Source of the DNA: Mustelus asterias
Taxonomy: Eukaryota
DNA: 64,000 nt
Direction: 5' to 3'
NCBI RefSeq assembly: GCF_964213995.1
Contig: NC_135823.1
Location: 1,426,001 to 1,490,000, forward strand
This document shows positions 40,023 to 54,459 of the stretch, in pieces. Both the position numbers and the translations under genes were made by a program. Under the pieces are notes generated by a model that did no database searches, was not told the DNA's origin, and saw only the letters and a program-made list of their open reading frames with translations. Position 1 is the stretch's first letter; every line of letters begins with the position of its first letter.

Positions 40023-41556
40023 ATCAGTTTCTTCGGCATTTGTGCATTGTTCCAGCTGTTCCAGGGTGAGAAATCCTGATTATTTTCAGATAGTGTGGAG
40101 AAGAATTTAGATTTGTTAACTAAGAATGAACTGTTTCCAATGCCAGATGGGTCATTCACCAGAGAAACAAAGATCGAAGAAAATCCGTCGCGGTCAGGAG
40201 GGAAAGACGGAAAGATTTTTTTTTTTTAAAACGCAGCTAGTTGTTGTGATCTCGAAGGCGCTGCCCAAAAGGGCGGTGGAAGGAGATTCAATGAGAAGTT
40301 TCAAAAGTGGGGAATTGGAGAAATGTGTCAAGGGGACAGCATTTGCTGTGACTTGGGGGGAAAGAAGAGGGCGGGTGTCCAACTTGGTAACTCTTTCAAA
40401 GTTCAAATCCAGACACGAAGGGCCGAGTTGTCTCCTTCTTTGTTGTGCAGAGCTCTGAGATGTAACTCAGCATGAAAGCTTCACTTTAAAACGAGACGCA
40501 AACATTTAACACATTGGAAAGCATAATGTGTCTATCAATTGATTGAATGAAAATTACAGCCGACTGTCACATCATTGTAATAAAAAAATTGAGTTGGCTC
40601 CATTTACACCAATGGCGACTGGGGAGTGCTGTAGTTTTTTTTAACTGAAACTATAAACACTTGAAAAGAAAACGTCAAGCATCCAAAGTTAGCGCAGAAT
40701 AAGTAGAACATGATGGCTAAACTTCCAGAGAACGCCCACAGAATGAAGAGGTACGTTTTCTTTTCCACTGGGCTTGGATACCTTTCCCTCAATTTTCACC
40801 CAAAGTTCATAATAATCACAGATTACTCAAAAAAACTCCGCAGGTCTGGCCGCATCTGTGGAGACAGAAATGTTTCGCGCCCTTGGGACTCTTCTTCAGA
40901 CCTAATTTAAATCATGGGCCGAATTCACCAGCCCAACCCGCTGGCGGGATTGGCCGGCCCCGCCGTAGGTAACACGCCCCTCCCCGCCCTCCTACCTCCA
41001 CAGAGACGGGATGCGGTCCGTTATGAATCTTTCTGTCAACCAAATTTCCCGTCGTTTGCACCACTCCGCTGTCGGGTAACTCGCGGCAGGTTTTTTATGT
41101 CGGTGGCACTGGGGATGGGGGGCGGGGGGGGGAGGGGGGGCGGGGGGCGGCAGGGAGCGTGGGGGCGGAAGTGCAGGGGCCCACCAGGGATGTTCAGAAA
41201 AGGAATCAGAATGTGAACTTGAGAGCGACGGCATCCATTTAGGAAAGTTGATTTCTCACACAATGGGACTAGAATTTTGGAAGTTTCTCCCCGGTAAAAA
41301 AAAAACTGTTCTGGCCACGTATCAGTTGGAAGTTGCAAAACTGAGATCGATAGATTTATATTAGGGAGTGGATGAAGGACTATTCAATATTGCTGTGTGT
41401 ATGTGAGTAACCATGCCTGTCAGCCGTTGTCCAGTTGAATAGAATGGAGTGGTTCAATGATCTCTATAATGATGATATGGATTGCACTAACAGATCACTT
41501 TTCATGCACAGTCTGTTTCCGCTCGCCTACCCTTGAACGGGGATCTAACACGCTAA
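40023..41556 (+). pseudogene. Gene B': truncated duplicate of B lacking V, C1 and TM
   Basis: Leader 40023-40065 with ATG>ATC; homology jumps near 40710 from B position ~25230 to ~29135; cytoplasmic exon remnant 40723-40750; last exon SVSARLPLNGDLTR* (ITIM Tyr>Ser). Confidence 0.8.
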
Positions 41557-44500
41557 ATCGAGAGGAAAGAGAGAGAAAGAGAAAGAGAGAACAGTGTGTT
41601 TCCTCTGTATTTAGTGTTGTAGAAACTTTACTCTTTTTGCATGGTCAATTTGAAGGTCCAATTGGAGCACATTCCGCCGAATTGGCGGCTCAATTCTGTG
41701 ATGGCGCCCAAAACGGACAATTAATTCTCCCGTAATGTCCAGCAATCTCTGACCGAACATCGCCTACAGTCTAATTTCTCCTCTTCCTGCTTCTAATTAC
41801 TTATATCCTTTTTAAAAATAATTCTATAATGCATCGTCTACAGTAAATTTGCAAAAGTAATTCAAAATGTATCTGTATGCGAGTTACCAATTTATTGAAA
41901 CAACGTTTGAATACCAATGTAAGCTGCATGAGTCCAGTTTCTGTTAGGGCTCACATCAAATGCGTTTCCGGTGGCTCTTCAGCTAATCAATAAAGACTTT
42001 CTTTGGATCAATGTGTGTGCAGTGGAAGTGTGGTTAAGGACTCAAAGAGCAGTTTAGTAACTGCTTGGGGATTTTCGCTGGATTAATTAAAAATGCAGTG
42101 TGGTGCATTCTTGAACCGGTTGTGCACTGGTAGTGAACACAATTGCATTTATTGCTAAAATAAGATTATTTCCAATGCATGTTCGCTTTGGACAACACCG
42201 CTCAGTGGATTTTACAGAATCGGATCAGAGAAACGTACCCACTTACAGCACAGGAAGAGCATGTGACGTCTCTGTCGGCTGTTCGAATCTACAGTTTTGT
42301 CCCATAGCCTATCACTCACAATATGAACATTAGGCTTATTCCTCTTTTTAGCGATTACAATTGCCATTGTTTTCCGACTGTATATGCAAGCAGGAGGAGG
42401 CTATTCAGCCCTTTGGAGAGTTAATTTCTGCCAAGCTAGAACAGTATCTTAACTCCATCCACGCAGCTCGCATGCATAATTCTATCCAATGAACAAACGA
42501 CAATCTATTAATTTAGCCATGGTCTCAGCAGTCATTTGAAGTGAAGGATTACAGATTTCCGTTCTCCTTTGTTTGAGGAATTGTGAACATGTCCCATCCA
42601 AATGCACAGATTCCACTCCCTCGCAACAGTACATTCAACCCTCCGGCCACCAACCCCCACCACACCCACCCGCCCTTCTTCTTCACTCAGCCCACTTTAA
42701 CGATACCGTGCCTTTAAAAATGTGCTTTAATCATATTGATCTGCAGGATGTCTCTCGCAGTCCCTGGCATCTTATGGGAACTGTTTGTCTACAAACGGCA
42801 TCCTCCATTGTTACTGAAGCAGTATAATTTATACCATGTTTGTTTAAAGCTGCATTAATGCAGTGATCTTTTTTTGAGTGCTCCCCTTGGATTGCAGAGT
42901 AGATCTTGAACGGTATTATTGACAGATCAGGTCATATGACTTTGGACAGCTAGTCGTTCAAAGAGAATTCCAACTTAGTTGCTGTTCTCAGGTTCTGTTT
43001 GGACTTGAGAGAGAGCAGAGTGAGGTTTCACCCCGCTCTGGAGTTGGATATTCTGCATTCTGAGTGTTGTTGTTCTGGAAACTGCAGAGAGAGAGAGAGA
43101 GAGACAGAGAGAGGTATCCTGTTCTGTCCCGCAGGTCTGGAGTCTCGAAGATGCTAGAGACTGGATTTCCTTCATTGTTTTGCTGTCATGAGCATATGGA
43201 CTTCTCTGAAAACGGCTATTTGGATTTATGTCGATCGATGCTAACGGCTGGAAGTCTTGTATCGCGTCAGCAAACCTGTTTTTGTCTTAACTAATTCGCA
43301 AGAGGGGTATATGTCTATGGGATGTTGCTTTAAATTGGAACAGCAGAGATAGATAGCTGGTAATCATTATACTGTGTTATGCTTAGGTCTTGCAATTGGT
43401 AAAAGTTAAGCTATTTTTATTCGTTATATTTTCGCTTCCTTCTCATATAAACTTTGGTGAATAAAAGTGTCCGAATGGGTTACTTGTATCATACTCGGAG
43501 TGAACGACAACGCCAAAATCAAATCTAAGACATAGAGTCCAGGCTAACTTCACAAACATTTTAGAGTTTCTGGCCTGGGTCTACACACCACTCCCAGAGG
43601 AAATAGGCACTCTCATCGATCCTAATATATTAGTCCGCTACTTCAGGACAATCAGATTGCCCTTTAATATTCTAAACTCTGGGGAATACAAGCATATTCT
43701 CTGCACCTGAATCAACCTTCCCCATTCTCTATGGTGTATTTTGCTTATTTCAACGTCCAAAATAGACATCCCCAGAATCAACAGTCAGTGATTTTCTCCC
43801 ATTTGTCCAACTTTCTCGATTCAGTAGTTGCATCTGTCCCGCTTAACCCACTGTGCCTATACCCTGCAGAAATCCCTCGGTTTGGACTGCCTCCAACATG
43901 TTCTGCGGTGCAACTGAATCGTCATGCCGAACTGAGGCTTGTTAACAGGAAGCACTTAATGTCCCCTCGAGTGATACAGGTAATCTTGTTTCTAATTGGT
44001 AGTGAGAGATTCATCGGAATCTGTGGCTGGACTCTGGAGTTGCAGACAATGAAAACACTCTTAAGCGGTTCCCTGGTATGTTTTACCCATCAGGGAAAAT
44101 ATGTATCAATAACATCTAAGTATTTTGTTGAAAACATTCCTCAATATTCATTCCTGTATTGTTCGTCGAATAAACCTGGTTTAAAGACATTCCGCGCCTG
44201 TTTAGGTACATGTGTGTCCCGGATGTGTGAAAACGCGTTTTGATGAACACCAGTCACAAAGGATTGCTTGGGTCAGAAGATGGGCGACCCAATTCGACGG
44301 TTATAACAACCAGAACAAGCATTGAATAGCCAGCCTTCTGTCCTCCAGGAAAGACAAGGCTCCAGGTGGGGGAACGGGAGAGAATGTAAACATTAAAATT
44401 ATTAAATAATTCGTCAGTGGAGGCGGAAGCAGTTTATGTCCATTTGTGTGGAGTGCACAGGATGAGCTAACAGGAGTATAGTATCGTCACTAATAAAGAA

Positions 44501-46313
44501 GGCAGTCAATTCACGAAGAAAGTCTTTACTCAGTGGGTGGGGATAATGTAGAAGTCGTTCCCACAGTGTGCCAATCAGCCGACATGCATTTGATGGGCGA
44601 ACTGAATAAACGCAGGAAGGAGAAAGGAATACAATGGTGGGTTAATGGCGGAGGTTGTTGGGATATGGGCGTGGTGGTTTGGGGATGGCGGCGATTATAT
44701 AGATGTGGGTGGAAGTACATGTTAAGCATAACGACCAGCCCGGAACAGATACCCGTACCCCGCCAATCAAGCCATGCAATTATGATATAAAGAGATAGAG
44801 GGAATTAATCTGGGTGAAACCGTTATGAAAACATTTTGAATCATTCTTCATTCGGTACGTGTTTGCTAAAAATAGAATATAGTGGGGTCTCAGCAATGAA
44901 TTCAACGCAACATGCTGGTATCCCCTGTGCCCATTCGAACTTCAAACACATTCGTGCTGCTGAATTCAGCAATACTGTTTTCAACACAGTTTTGATCAGT
45001 CTTAATGCATCTTCAGCAGGAGCTAGAATATGTTTCTCGTTGCAGACTGAGCTGTGCAAGGACTCTTAATCTATAAACAGGAAACGCTGAACCACAATTC
45101 ACACTGCGCAGAAGTTTCCAGTGCGCCACCTTTCACAGCAGCACGTTGTCTTTGCAAAACGTACATTTTCAATCCCTTGTGTAACCGCAGCTCAACAACT
45201 TTTTAACACCCTGAAAGTTGTAGCATCTCGTGGCAGGTTTGTGTTTTCATCACTTCTCCTTTAGAGGAGCGCATCAACCAGTCTCTCATCCATTGACTAT
45301 GTCGACATTTCCCGCTGCCTCGGCAAAACAGCCAGCATAACTAACGAACACACGAATCCGGACATTCTCTCTTCCACCTTCTTAATTCGGGAAAAATATA
45401 CAAAATTCTGAGGTCACGTACCAACCGACTCGAGAACAGCTTCTCCCCCCCTGCTGTCAGACATTTGAATGGACTTACCTTGCAATAAGTTGATCTTTCT
45501 CTAAACCCTTGCTATGACTGCAACACTACATTCTGGACTCTCTCGTCGTCTTCTCGATGTTCGGTATGTTTTGTCTGTATAGCACGCAAGAAACAATACT
45601 TTTCCCTTTACGTTCATACATGTGTCAATAATAAGTCACATCAAATCAAATCAAATTATTTGCAGTGTTAGAACCACTGCGATAGTAAGCCAATACCTAC
45701 TTTCTAGAATAGGAATTTCATGGTTAAAGAATGAATCATTTGCAGCTGTTCAGACGCGATCAGGAGAAACATTCGCCAATATATCCATTCGGACGTTCTG
45801 TTCTTCTGAGCTGAGAATGATTCCAAGTTCACCATTAAAATAACAGCTTTTGCATTTCTTTTTTGTTTCTATTGACATACAACCATAATCATTTTTGGAA
45901 AGATCAGCCACATTCAGGGCGGCAAAATGGAAGCAATTCACATCTTAAATGGAGGCCATGAGGAGAGAACACAGTTGTATAACATATGTACAGCGACTTA
46001 TCAGTATCCACTCTGTGTAAGGAACTCTAGAGCGTCCGCACACCAGACGAACATGGTGACTCAGAGGCACTCAGTTCAGTGACTAGTTTTAATGATTATT
46101 TCAGGATGGACACGAGTAAATAGCACCAGGGCCGATGGAAACTTTTAAATTGAATTAATTGAAGAAATACATTAAAATCTTGTCTCATCCATTGCGACCA
46201 TTAACAATATGGTTGATCACTGACCTTTTGTTTTGGAATATAATCAACCATCTATATCTGGTATGGCCTATATTTGACGCCAGAGCAGTGCCAGCAAATC
46301 ACTGATTTCCAGG

Positions 46314-47935
46314 ATACAAAGAACAAAGCACAGGAACAGGCCCTTCGGCCCTCCAAGCCCGCGCCGCTCCCTGGTCCAAACTAGACCATTCTTTTCTATC
46401 CCTCCATTCCCACTCCATTCATATGGCTGTCTAGATAAGTCTTAAACGTTCCCAGTGTGTCCGCCTCCACCACCCTGCCTGGCAGCGCATTCCAGGCCCC
46501 CACCACCCTCTGTGTAAAATATGTCCTTCTGATATCTGTGTTAAACCTCCCCCCCTTCACCTTGAACCTATGACCCCTCGGGAACGTCACCACCGACCTG
46601 GGGAAAAGCTTTCCACCGTTCACCCTATCTATGCCTTTCATAATTTTATACACCGCTATTAAGTCTCCCCTCATCCTCCGTCTTTCCAGGGAGAACAACC
46701 GCAGTTTACCCAATCTCTCCTCATAACTAAGCCCCTCCATACCAGGCAACATCCTGGTAAACTTCTTCTGTACACTCTCCAAAGCCTTCACGTCCTTCTG
46801 GTAGTGTGGCGACCGAACTGGACGCAGTATTCCAAATGCGGCCGAACCAACGTTCTATACATCTGCAACATCAGACCCCAACTTTTATACTCTATGCCCC
46901 GTCCTATAAAGGCAAGCATGCCATTTGCCTTCTTCACCATCTTCTCCACCTGTGACGTCACCTCCAAGGATCTGTGGACTTGCACACCCAGATCCCTCTG
47001 AGTATCGACATCCTTTATGGTTCTGCCATTTATCGTATAGCTCCTTCCTACATTATTTCTACCAAAATGCATCACTTCGCATTCATCAGGATTGAACTCC
47101 ATCTGCCATTTCTTTGCCCAAATTTCCAGCCTATCTATATCCTTCTGTAGCCTCTGACAATGCTCCTCACTATCTGCAAGTCCTGCCAATTTTGTGTCGT
47201 CCGCAAACTTACTGATCACCCCAGTTACACTTTCTTCCAGATCATTTATATAAATCACAAACAGCAGAGGACCCAATACAGAGCCCTGCGGAACACTACT
47301 AGTCACAGGCCTCCAGCCGGAAAAAGACCCTTCTACTACCCCTCACTGTCTTCTGTGACCAAGCCAGTTCTCCACCCATCTAGCCACCTCCCCCTTTATC
47401 CCATGAGATCCAACCTTTTTCACCAGCCTACCATGAGGGACTTTGTCAAACGCTTTACTAAAGTCCATATAGACGACATCCACGGCCCTTCCCTCGTCAA
47501 TCATTCTGGTCACTTCTTCAAAAAACTCCACCAGGTTAGTGAGGCATGACCTCTCTCTCACAAAACCATGCTGACTATCGTTAATGAGTTTATTCCTTTC
47601 TAAATGCGCATATATCCTATCTCTAAGAATCTTCTCCAACAACTTCCCCACCACAGACGTCAAGCTCACCGGCCTCTAATTACCCGGGTGATCCTTCGTA
47701 CCCTTCTTAAATAACGGGACCACATTAGCTATCCTCCAATCCTCTGGGACCTCATCTGCGTCCAGTGACGAGACAGAGATTTGCGTCAGAGGCCCAGCGA
47801 TTTCATCTCTCGTCTCCCTGAGCAGCCTTGGATAGATTCCATCAGGCCCTGGGGATTTGTCAGTCTTTATATTCTCCAACAAACCTAACACTTCCTCCTT
47901 TGTAATGGAGATTTTCTCCAACGGTTCAACACTCG
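46314..47935 (-). mobile_element. 5'-truncated CR1 LINE
   Basis: ORF pieces KSPGPDGIYPR, DFSKAFDKVPH and KFADDTK. Confidence 0.92.
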
Positions 47936-48974
47936 GGACGGGAGGAAAAGCTGGAATTGCAATCAATGCATTGTCACACGAAAATTAAACATTGTGATTT
48001 CAGACCAGCATAGCTGAGTCAGAAAAATAGTTCTCTCTTTCAGCCCTTGCCGAAGACGCAATTTCAGAATGGTAGAATGTGGTCACGGACACTGGAGAAG
48101 AGGGACATACACAGCAGCTCCAGCCTGTTCTCTCTTACAGTCACACAGTGACTGACCTGCATTTTCACTTCAGCTGCCAGGCTTGGTTCAGTAACTTGTG
48201 CTCACATCCCCAACAAACATGAGTTTCCAAATTTTCAACTGACATCACCAATCTGCATCAGCATAAAGAGTTCCTGGTACGTGAGAAAATAATTTGCAAA
48301 CCTGTCTTTATTGTACTTCTAAGTGACGAGGCTAAGCGAACTAAAGTCACTAGGATTTTAATTTTGAGATGTCACATCCGGCTGTGAATTGAGTAACTCT
48401 TCAGACAATAGTTTTGGAAGTTTCCTTTCCTGGTTTTTCAAGGCGCTGGTGCCAAGCTTGCAATATGACTGTTCACAGCTGGCGCTGTTTTCCTTAATCG
48501 CGAATGTCTCCAGCCAACCCATGTCTGAACATTGCAATGTATTTTTCATTCACAAATGGTCAACATAAATAATTTCGAACTGATATTATAAGCACTCAGC
48601 GACACCTAATGGGGGAGTGGGGGATTTGCTCCAATATATATATATATATTTGTTTTAAACATCACATCGTCCTAGAAATGGCTGAACCTTCTGCAGGACA
48701 GTAACAGTGCTTGAAAAGGAAACTGCTTTAGATAATCGGACCCAAATATCAGAAAGAGAAATGTAATTTATCAGTACATCATGAAGATTTATTTGACCTG
48801 ACATGTTTTAAAGTCACTCAGTCAATCTTTAAGACAATACACTCTCTGATCTGGAGCAGATAAATTGAAAAGGCAATTTGAAATATAACAGCATAAATTC
48901 CGATTGTACTCAGTGCTGACGGACAGAACAGATGTCATTGTCGGGGAAATAAAATCAGAAAATTACATGCAATA

Positions 48975-50360
48975 GAGTTTAATTCCAGTTGTAGGGAAAT
49001 GGGAGGAAAATAATTCTGAGGGATAGAATTAATCCCCACTTGGGGAGGGAAAGTCTAATCAAGGATAGCCAAGGATGGTTTTCTCAAAGGGAAATCATGT
49101 CACACAATTTCAACTGAATTTTTTCGAGGAGGTCACGACATGTGCAGATGCGGGCAGTGCACTTGATGTAGTCTAGTAGTTTTCAGTCAGGAATTTGAGC
49201 AGATCCCACATGGGAGGCTGATGAAGAAGGTTAGAGCCCATGGGATCAAGTCAATTTTGCAAACCTGATCTAAAATTATTTCAGAGACAGGAGGCAGTGC
49301 GTAATCGTGGAAAGTTGTTTTTTGTGACTGGAAGTCTGTGTCCAGTGGCGTTCCACAGGTATAGGTGCTGGGTCTCTTTTTGTTCGTAGTGTACACTAAT
49401 GATCTAGACGTTAATGTAGGAGGTATGACAAGTACGTTTGCGAATGACACAGTCATTGGTGATATGTAAATAGTAAGGAGCAAAGCCTTAGATTACAGGG
49501 TGCTGTCGAAGGGCTGGTCAGATGGTCTGAAGAGTGGCAAATTAAATATAACCTCATAAGTTTGAGATGATGCATTTTGGGATAAGCAAAAAGGCAGGGG
49601 ACGATAAAATGAATGCCTGGACCGGAGGAAGAACAGAGGATCAGAGAGGCTTTGATGTGCATGTACAAAGATCTGAGAAGACAGCAGGACATGTCGATGA
49701 GGTCGTTCAGAAGGCAGATGATGGAAACTTGACTTCATTAACCGAGAGATTTAATATGATAGCAGGGAGAATTTGATGGAGCTGTGCGCAAATACTGCTT
49801 AGTTTACAGCTGGGATGATGTGTGCAACTCTGTTCACCACACTGCAGGAAGGATCTGACTGAACGAGGGAAGGTGCAAAAGAGATTCACCAGGATGTGGA
49901 TTGGCTTGGGTCTTTTCAGTCTGGAAAAGGGACTGGATTGGCTAGCGTTGTTTTGCTTGGACGAGACAAGGCTGAGTGGAGACCTGATTGATGTGAGCAA
50001 AATTATGAGTGGCATTGATAGGGTGGATAGGACAGAACTTTTCCCCTTCGCGAAGGGGTCAGTAATCAACGTGGGGCATTGATTTAAGCTTGGAGGAGGA
50101 CGTTGATAGGAGATGTGAGAAAAAGCTTTTTTGCCCACAGGATGGTGGGACTCTGGAACTCACTGCCTGAAAGGGTGGTAGAGGTGGGAACCCTCACTAC
50201 GTTTAAGAAGCATTTGGATGAACACTTGAAAGGCCTTAGCATACAAGGCTATGGTGCAAGTGCTGGAAAATGGGATTAAAATAAATACGTTCTTGATGGT
50301 CGGCGTGGAGACGATGGGCCGAATGGCCTCTTTCCGTGCTATGAATCTATGATTCTATTG
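48975..50360 (+). mobile_element. Old decayed CR1 LINE
   Basis: VQKRFTRM...LSGDLIDV; heavily mutated; CR1 3' end. Confidence 0.75.
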
Positions 50361-51783
50361 TTAGAAATGATCAACTGAATAATATCAAATTATGGAATTT
50401 AATTTGTGTATGAACATTTTTTTTTATGGGTCTTTCCAATTTGGTTATCATCTGATGCTCTGACTCTCATCAGTGATGTGCCCCAGGTGAACCAACGTCT
50501 GGAATTAGGGGTTTCCGATTAGGTTCTTGAGGGCGATAAAATCCTACTGACCTAATTTCCTGTTGTCCCTTGACTGGCATTCTCATGTCATTTATTCGTG
50601 GCATTATCGCCCTTTATAAGTTTTGTCAATTTTATGGCTTCCTGCTAAGATACAGATGTTTTATGATATTTTCTTTTCCCAATTTAGGACAGGCGGAATA
50701 TATGGTGAAACACTCATGAATGTGTGTCCTCTCAGATTATGCTTAGAGGTATATGTTCCTCTCTTCTATCTCACTTTCAGTCCAACTGAATATCTTGTTG
50801 CAAAGCTGTGCAACACGAGAATGTGGAAAATTGGAATATCTGTGCGGCAAAAAGGAATAAATGCATTGTGGTTGCATCACACCATTGTTCTAATCTGATA
50901 CAATATTTTTTTTGTGTCCATGAGACAGGAGCATGATTTATTGTCCATCTCTTGTTGCCCTTCAACTGGGTGGATTGGTAGACCATTTCATAAGGCACTT
51001 TAGAGTCAACTGCAATGGGTTCAATAGAATCAAACCGTGCAGAAGAGGCCCCAAGACCCAACGAATCTGTAGTGAAGCGAGAGAAACACTTGAACTCCCA
51101 CCTAATCTCACTATCCAGCACTTGGCCCATCGCCATGTCGGCAATACCAGGTAAGGAGAGTTTTCCTATCCTAAAGGGGCATCAGTGAACCAGAGGATTT
51201 TCCCAACAATCGGCAATAGTAGTCAGTAAATTCTTAATTTGAGATTATTGTTTAACTGAATTCAAATTCAAAACAACTGCGGCCGTTTTCGAACCCAGGT
51301 CCCCAAGATGTTAACTTTATTTCAGGCGTAATAGTCTCGCGATAATGTCGCTCGGCCATCCGCTCCTCTAATAATTAAATTCTGAATAATCAGGACAGAA
51401 CTGGATGAGAAAATGACAAGGGATGACAAGGAAATCCAAGTGCCACAGAGATCATAAATCGAAATTCATTTCTTGCTCCATAATATTGCACTCATCCTGT
51501 TGCTCTGAAATGTACGGTAAATGAGAAATACAATCACGAACTCACTGCTGAAAATGCTGATGATATCATTGGGAATTCCATGCATCGCTGCCTGGATCCG
51601 TCTCCAATTATATAAATCATCAAACCTCTCACCCTCAAGTATTGACACACATCTGAATCTTGGACTGATATTGTCAACTGAACAGAAATCGGAGGATCAT
51701 GCAGATTGCATTGAATTATGAGTTTAATATTGATCCGGATCAAGACAAAACATCGTTCTCAAGATAGAATAATTAATTGATGT

Positions 51784-51821
51784 TCACCCGTCTACATTTG
51801 CAAAGATAAGCTGTATACTTT
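51784..51821 (-). pseudogene. Candidate terminal exon of A' (ESIQLIFANVDG*)
   Basis: ttattcacAG acceptor; phase fits the 55866-55915 exon; LIFANV is one base change from the ITIM LIYANV; no paralog in the window to confirm it. Confidence 0.25.
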
Positions 51822-53357
51822 CTGTGAATAACATGAGCTATACAATCAGCAGAAAAGTTTGAGAGAATCTCAGGAGAGTTTCTCAGCATTACTCAATGCT
51901 TTGTCCACAGGCGACGAACATGGCTCCAGTGGATTATCGCAAATTCAAAGTCCAATCCTTTACAGTGAACATTGGAGCCAATCGTTGGTGAATGCGCGGG
52001 AAAGTTTAGCTGTTTGAAGGGAGTCTCCTTGGCTCCATGTTTATTTCATCGTGTTCGCTGGGATTTTAGGAAATCCTCCCTCCTTCATAATGCATCATTC
52101 GGATTCTCATTTTCGACCCGCCTTCTTTTTTGATCTCTTATCCAAAGCGGCCAAATACAGGGAGGCATCGACAGGTCCACTCTGAAACATTCGCACATCA
52201 TAGAATCATCATAGAGGACAATATAATCTCTGTAGGGCAAAAGGAGGCCATTCGGCCCATAAATATTTAAGATTATCCCGAACTTCAAACACGTGACATA
52301 AAATTAACGAATGATACATCTCAGAAGGAGACGTTTCGGTCAATTGAATCCGTGATTGATCTTTGAAAGAGCTATGCATTTTTTATTCATTCGTGGGACA
52401 TGGGCTTCGCTGGCTTTGCACATTCCTCGTTGTCCTTGTTCAGAGGGCAGTTGAGAGTCAGCCACATTGCTGTGGCTCTGGAGTTACAAGGAGGCCAGAC
52501 GAGGTAAGAATGACAGAATTCCTTCTCGAAAGAAGATATGTGAACAAGATGGATTTTTCTGACAATGGTTCCATGGTCGTTGGGAGATTTACAATTCCAC
52601 ATTTTGTTTTACTGAATACAGATTCAGCCATCTGCCGGCGTGGGATTAGATGGCGATCCCTTGAATCTAGATCCCAAGTTGAGTATCTGGAATAATAGTC
52701 TCGCGATAAGACCACTCGGCATCGCCTTTCATTTAGATCAGGCTTCACTTTAACTTTCCTTGTGACGTGCAGCGATGTTGTTTCCAACAAGTATTTATCC
52801 AATTCCCTTTTGAAGCTGACTGCTTCCACTGGCCTCAATCTCAATTGGACATTTGGTGGTTTAATGTTTTTATGGAAGAGTTAGACTGTAACATAGCAAG
52901 ACCATAAGACGCAGGAGCAGAAGTAGGTCATTCAGCCCATCGAGTCTGCTCCGCCGTTCAATATGTTCATGACTGTTCTGATGTAACAAAAGCCAACTCC
53001 ACTTTCCTGCCTTTTTCCCATAACAATTGATTCCCTTACTGATTAAGAATCTGTCTATCTCTGCCTTGGATATGCTGAGCGACCCAGCCCTTATAGGCTG
53101 AAATTGACTGAGATAACTTTGTGACAGAGAAGCCAAATTTGGAATGCGACTTACACATAAAACGCTAACATTTATTCAGAACACTGGTGTAGGTTGCCTC
53201 TCAATCTGATTAATAGTCAACAGCCAATCCGATTACCATGTTTGCACATGTGTCATGTTGAAGATGGCCTGACTAGCGTCTCAGCATTTATCCTCTCAAG
53301 GCCCTTCAGAATCATACACCCATCAAGTCTGCATGGATACTCTGGCAGTGTATCTTA

Positions 53358-53692
53358 GTAAGAAGTCTCACAACACCAGGTTAAAGTCCAACAGGTTTAT
53401 TTGGTAGCAAATACCAAAAGCTGTCGGAGCACTGCTCCTTCGTCAGATGGAGTGGAAATGTGCTCTCAAACAGTGCAAACAGACACAAAATCAAGTTGCA
53501 GAATACTGATTAGAATGCGAATCCCTACAAACAGTTTGCACTGTTTGAGAGCACATTTCCACTCCATGTGACGAAGGAGCAGTGCTTCGAAAGCTTATGG
53601 TATTTGCTGCCAAATAAACCTGTTGGACTTTAACCTGGTGTTGTGAGACTTCTTACTGTGTTCACCCCAGTCCAACGCCGGCATCTCCACAT
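53358..53692. mobile_element. Penelope-like element remnant with ~124-bp inverted arms and 12-bp TSD
   Basis: Arms 53357-53480 and 53534-53657 are reverse complements; cagtgtatctta at 53346-53357 and 53693-53704; contains hammerhead motifs. Confidence 0.75.
53564..53600 (+). ncRNA. Minimal hammerhead ribozyme motif with one core mutation; inverted copy at 53414-53450
   Basis: CCAT-[g]TGACGA-A-GGAGC agt GCTTC-GAAA-GC-TT-ATGG; the minus-strand copy has CTGACGA intact but GACA for GAAA. Confidence 0.6.
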
Positions 53693-54459
53693 CAGTGTAT
53701 CTTACCCAGACCTTCTGTCCCACCCTATCCCCGTAATCCCACACAATTGCCATGGCTAATCCATCTAAACTACACATCTTCGGATATTAAGGGACCATAG
53801 AAACGACATCTGGGAGGAAACCGGAGCACCCAGACGAAACCCACGCAGATACGGGGAGAACATGCAAACTCCATACAGACAGCCACCCAAGGAATTGAAC
53901 TCGGGTTCCTGGCGCTGTGAGGCAGCAGTGCTAACCACTGTTCTATTGTGCCCCCTTTGATCACTGTGTTTCGGCAAATCGGCACAAGTCAAAAATCTTG
54001 GAACCATTGATCCACAGGACAGATACGGCATAGAATTCGGCCATTCCCCCATCATGTCTGTGCCGGCCAGAAAATGCTCTGTCTCTTCTAATCCCACTGT
54101 CGATCACCCAATCTGTAGCCCTGTACATTACAGCATATTACATACAGATTCAGATCCCTTTTTTCGTAATTAAAATTTCCACCATCAAACCCAACAATGA
54201 ATTTCAAAACCAACCACTGTGCATTTACTTTCTGTCTTTCGTGAGCTGCCTAAACTCCTAATCGTTGAAATCATAGAAACCCCACAGTGCAGAAGGAGGC
54301 CACTTGTTGAAATTGTATTCACTGAATTTAACCTAGTAACTTTGGCTGCGCCTTTCGAAACATCCCATGAGGAAACAAAAATGTTAAAATTGTTAAATTG
54401 TTACATTTTTAGATGTTTGTTGAGGTAGCAAATATTGTCCAGAACACGAGAGTGAACTC

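Larger units (their letters stand above)
23777..46313 (+). repeat. Direct tandem segmental duplication: unit 1 23777-38880, unit 2 38881-46313
   Basis: Both units begin tggtcatatg and end cagcaaatcactgattt.cagg; unique sequence is colinear throughout (e.g. 36200-38880 vs 43590-46313). Confidence 0.9.

Noticed and set aside
48130-48200. Acceptor resembling the gene B V-exon start (tctcttacag|tcac)
   Set aside because: Immediate in-frame TGA and no Ig motifs follow
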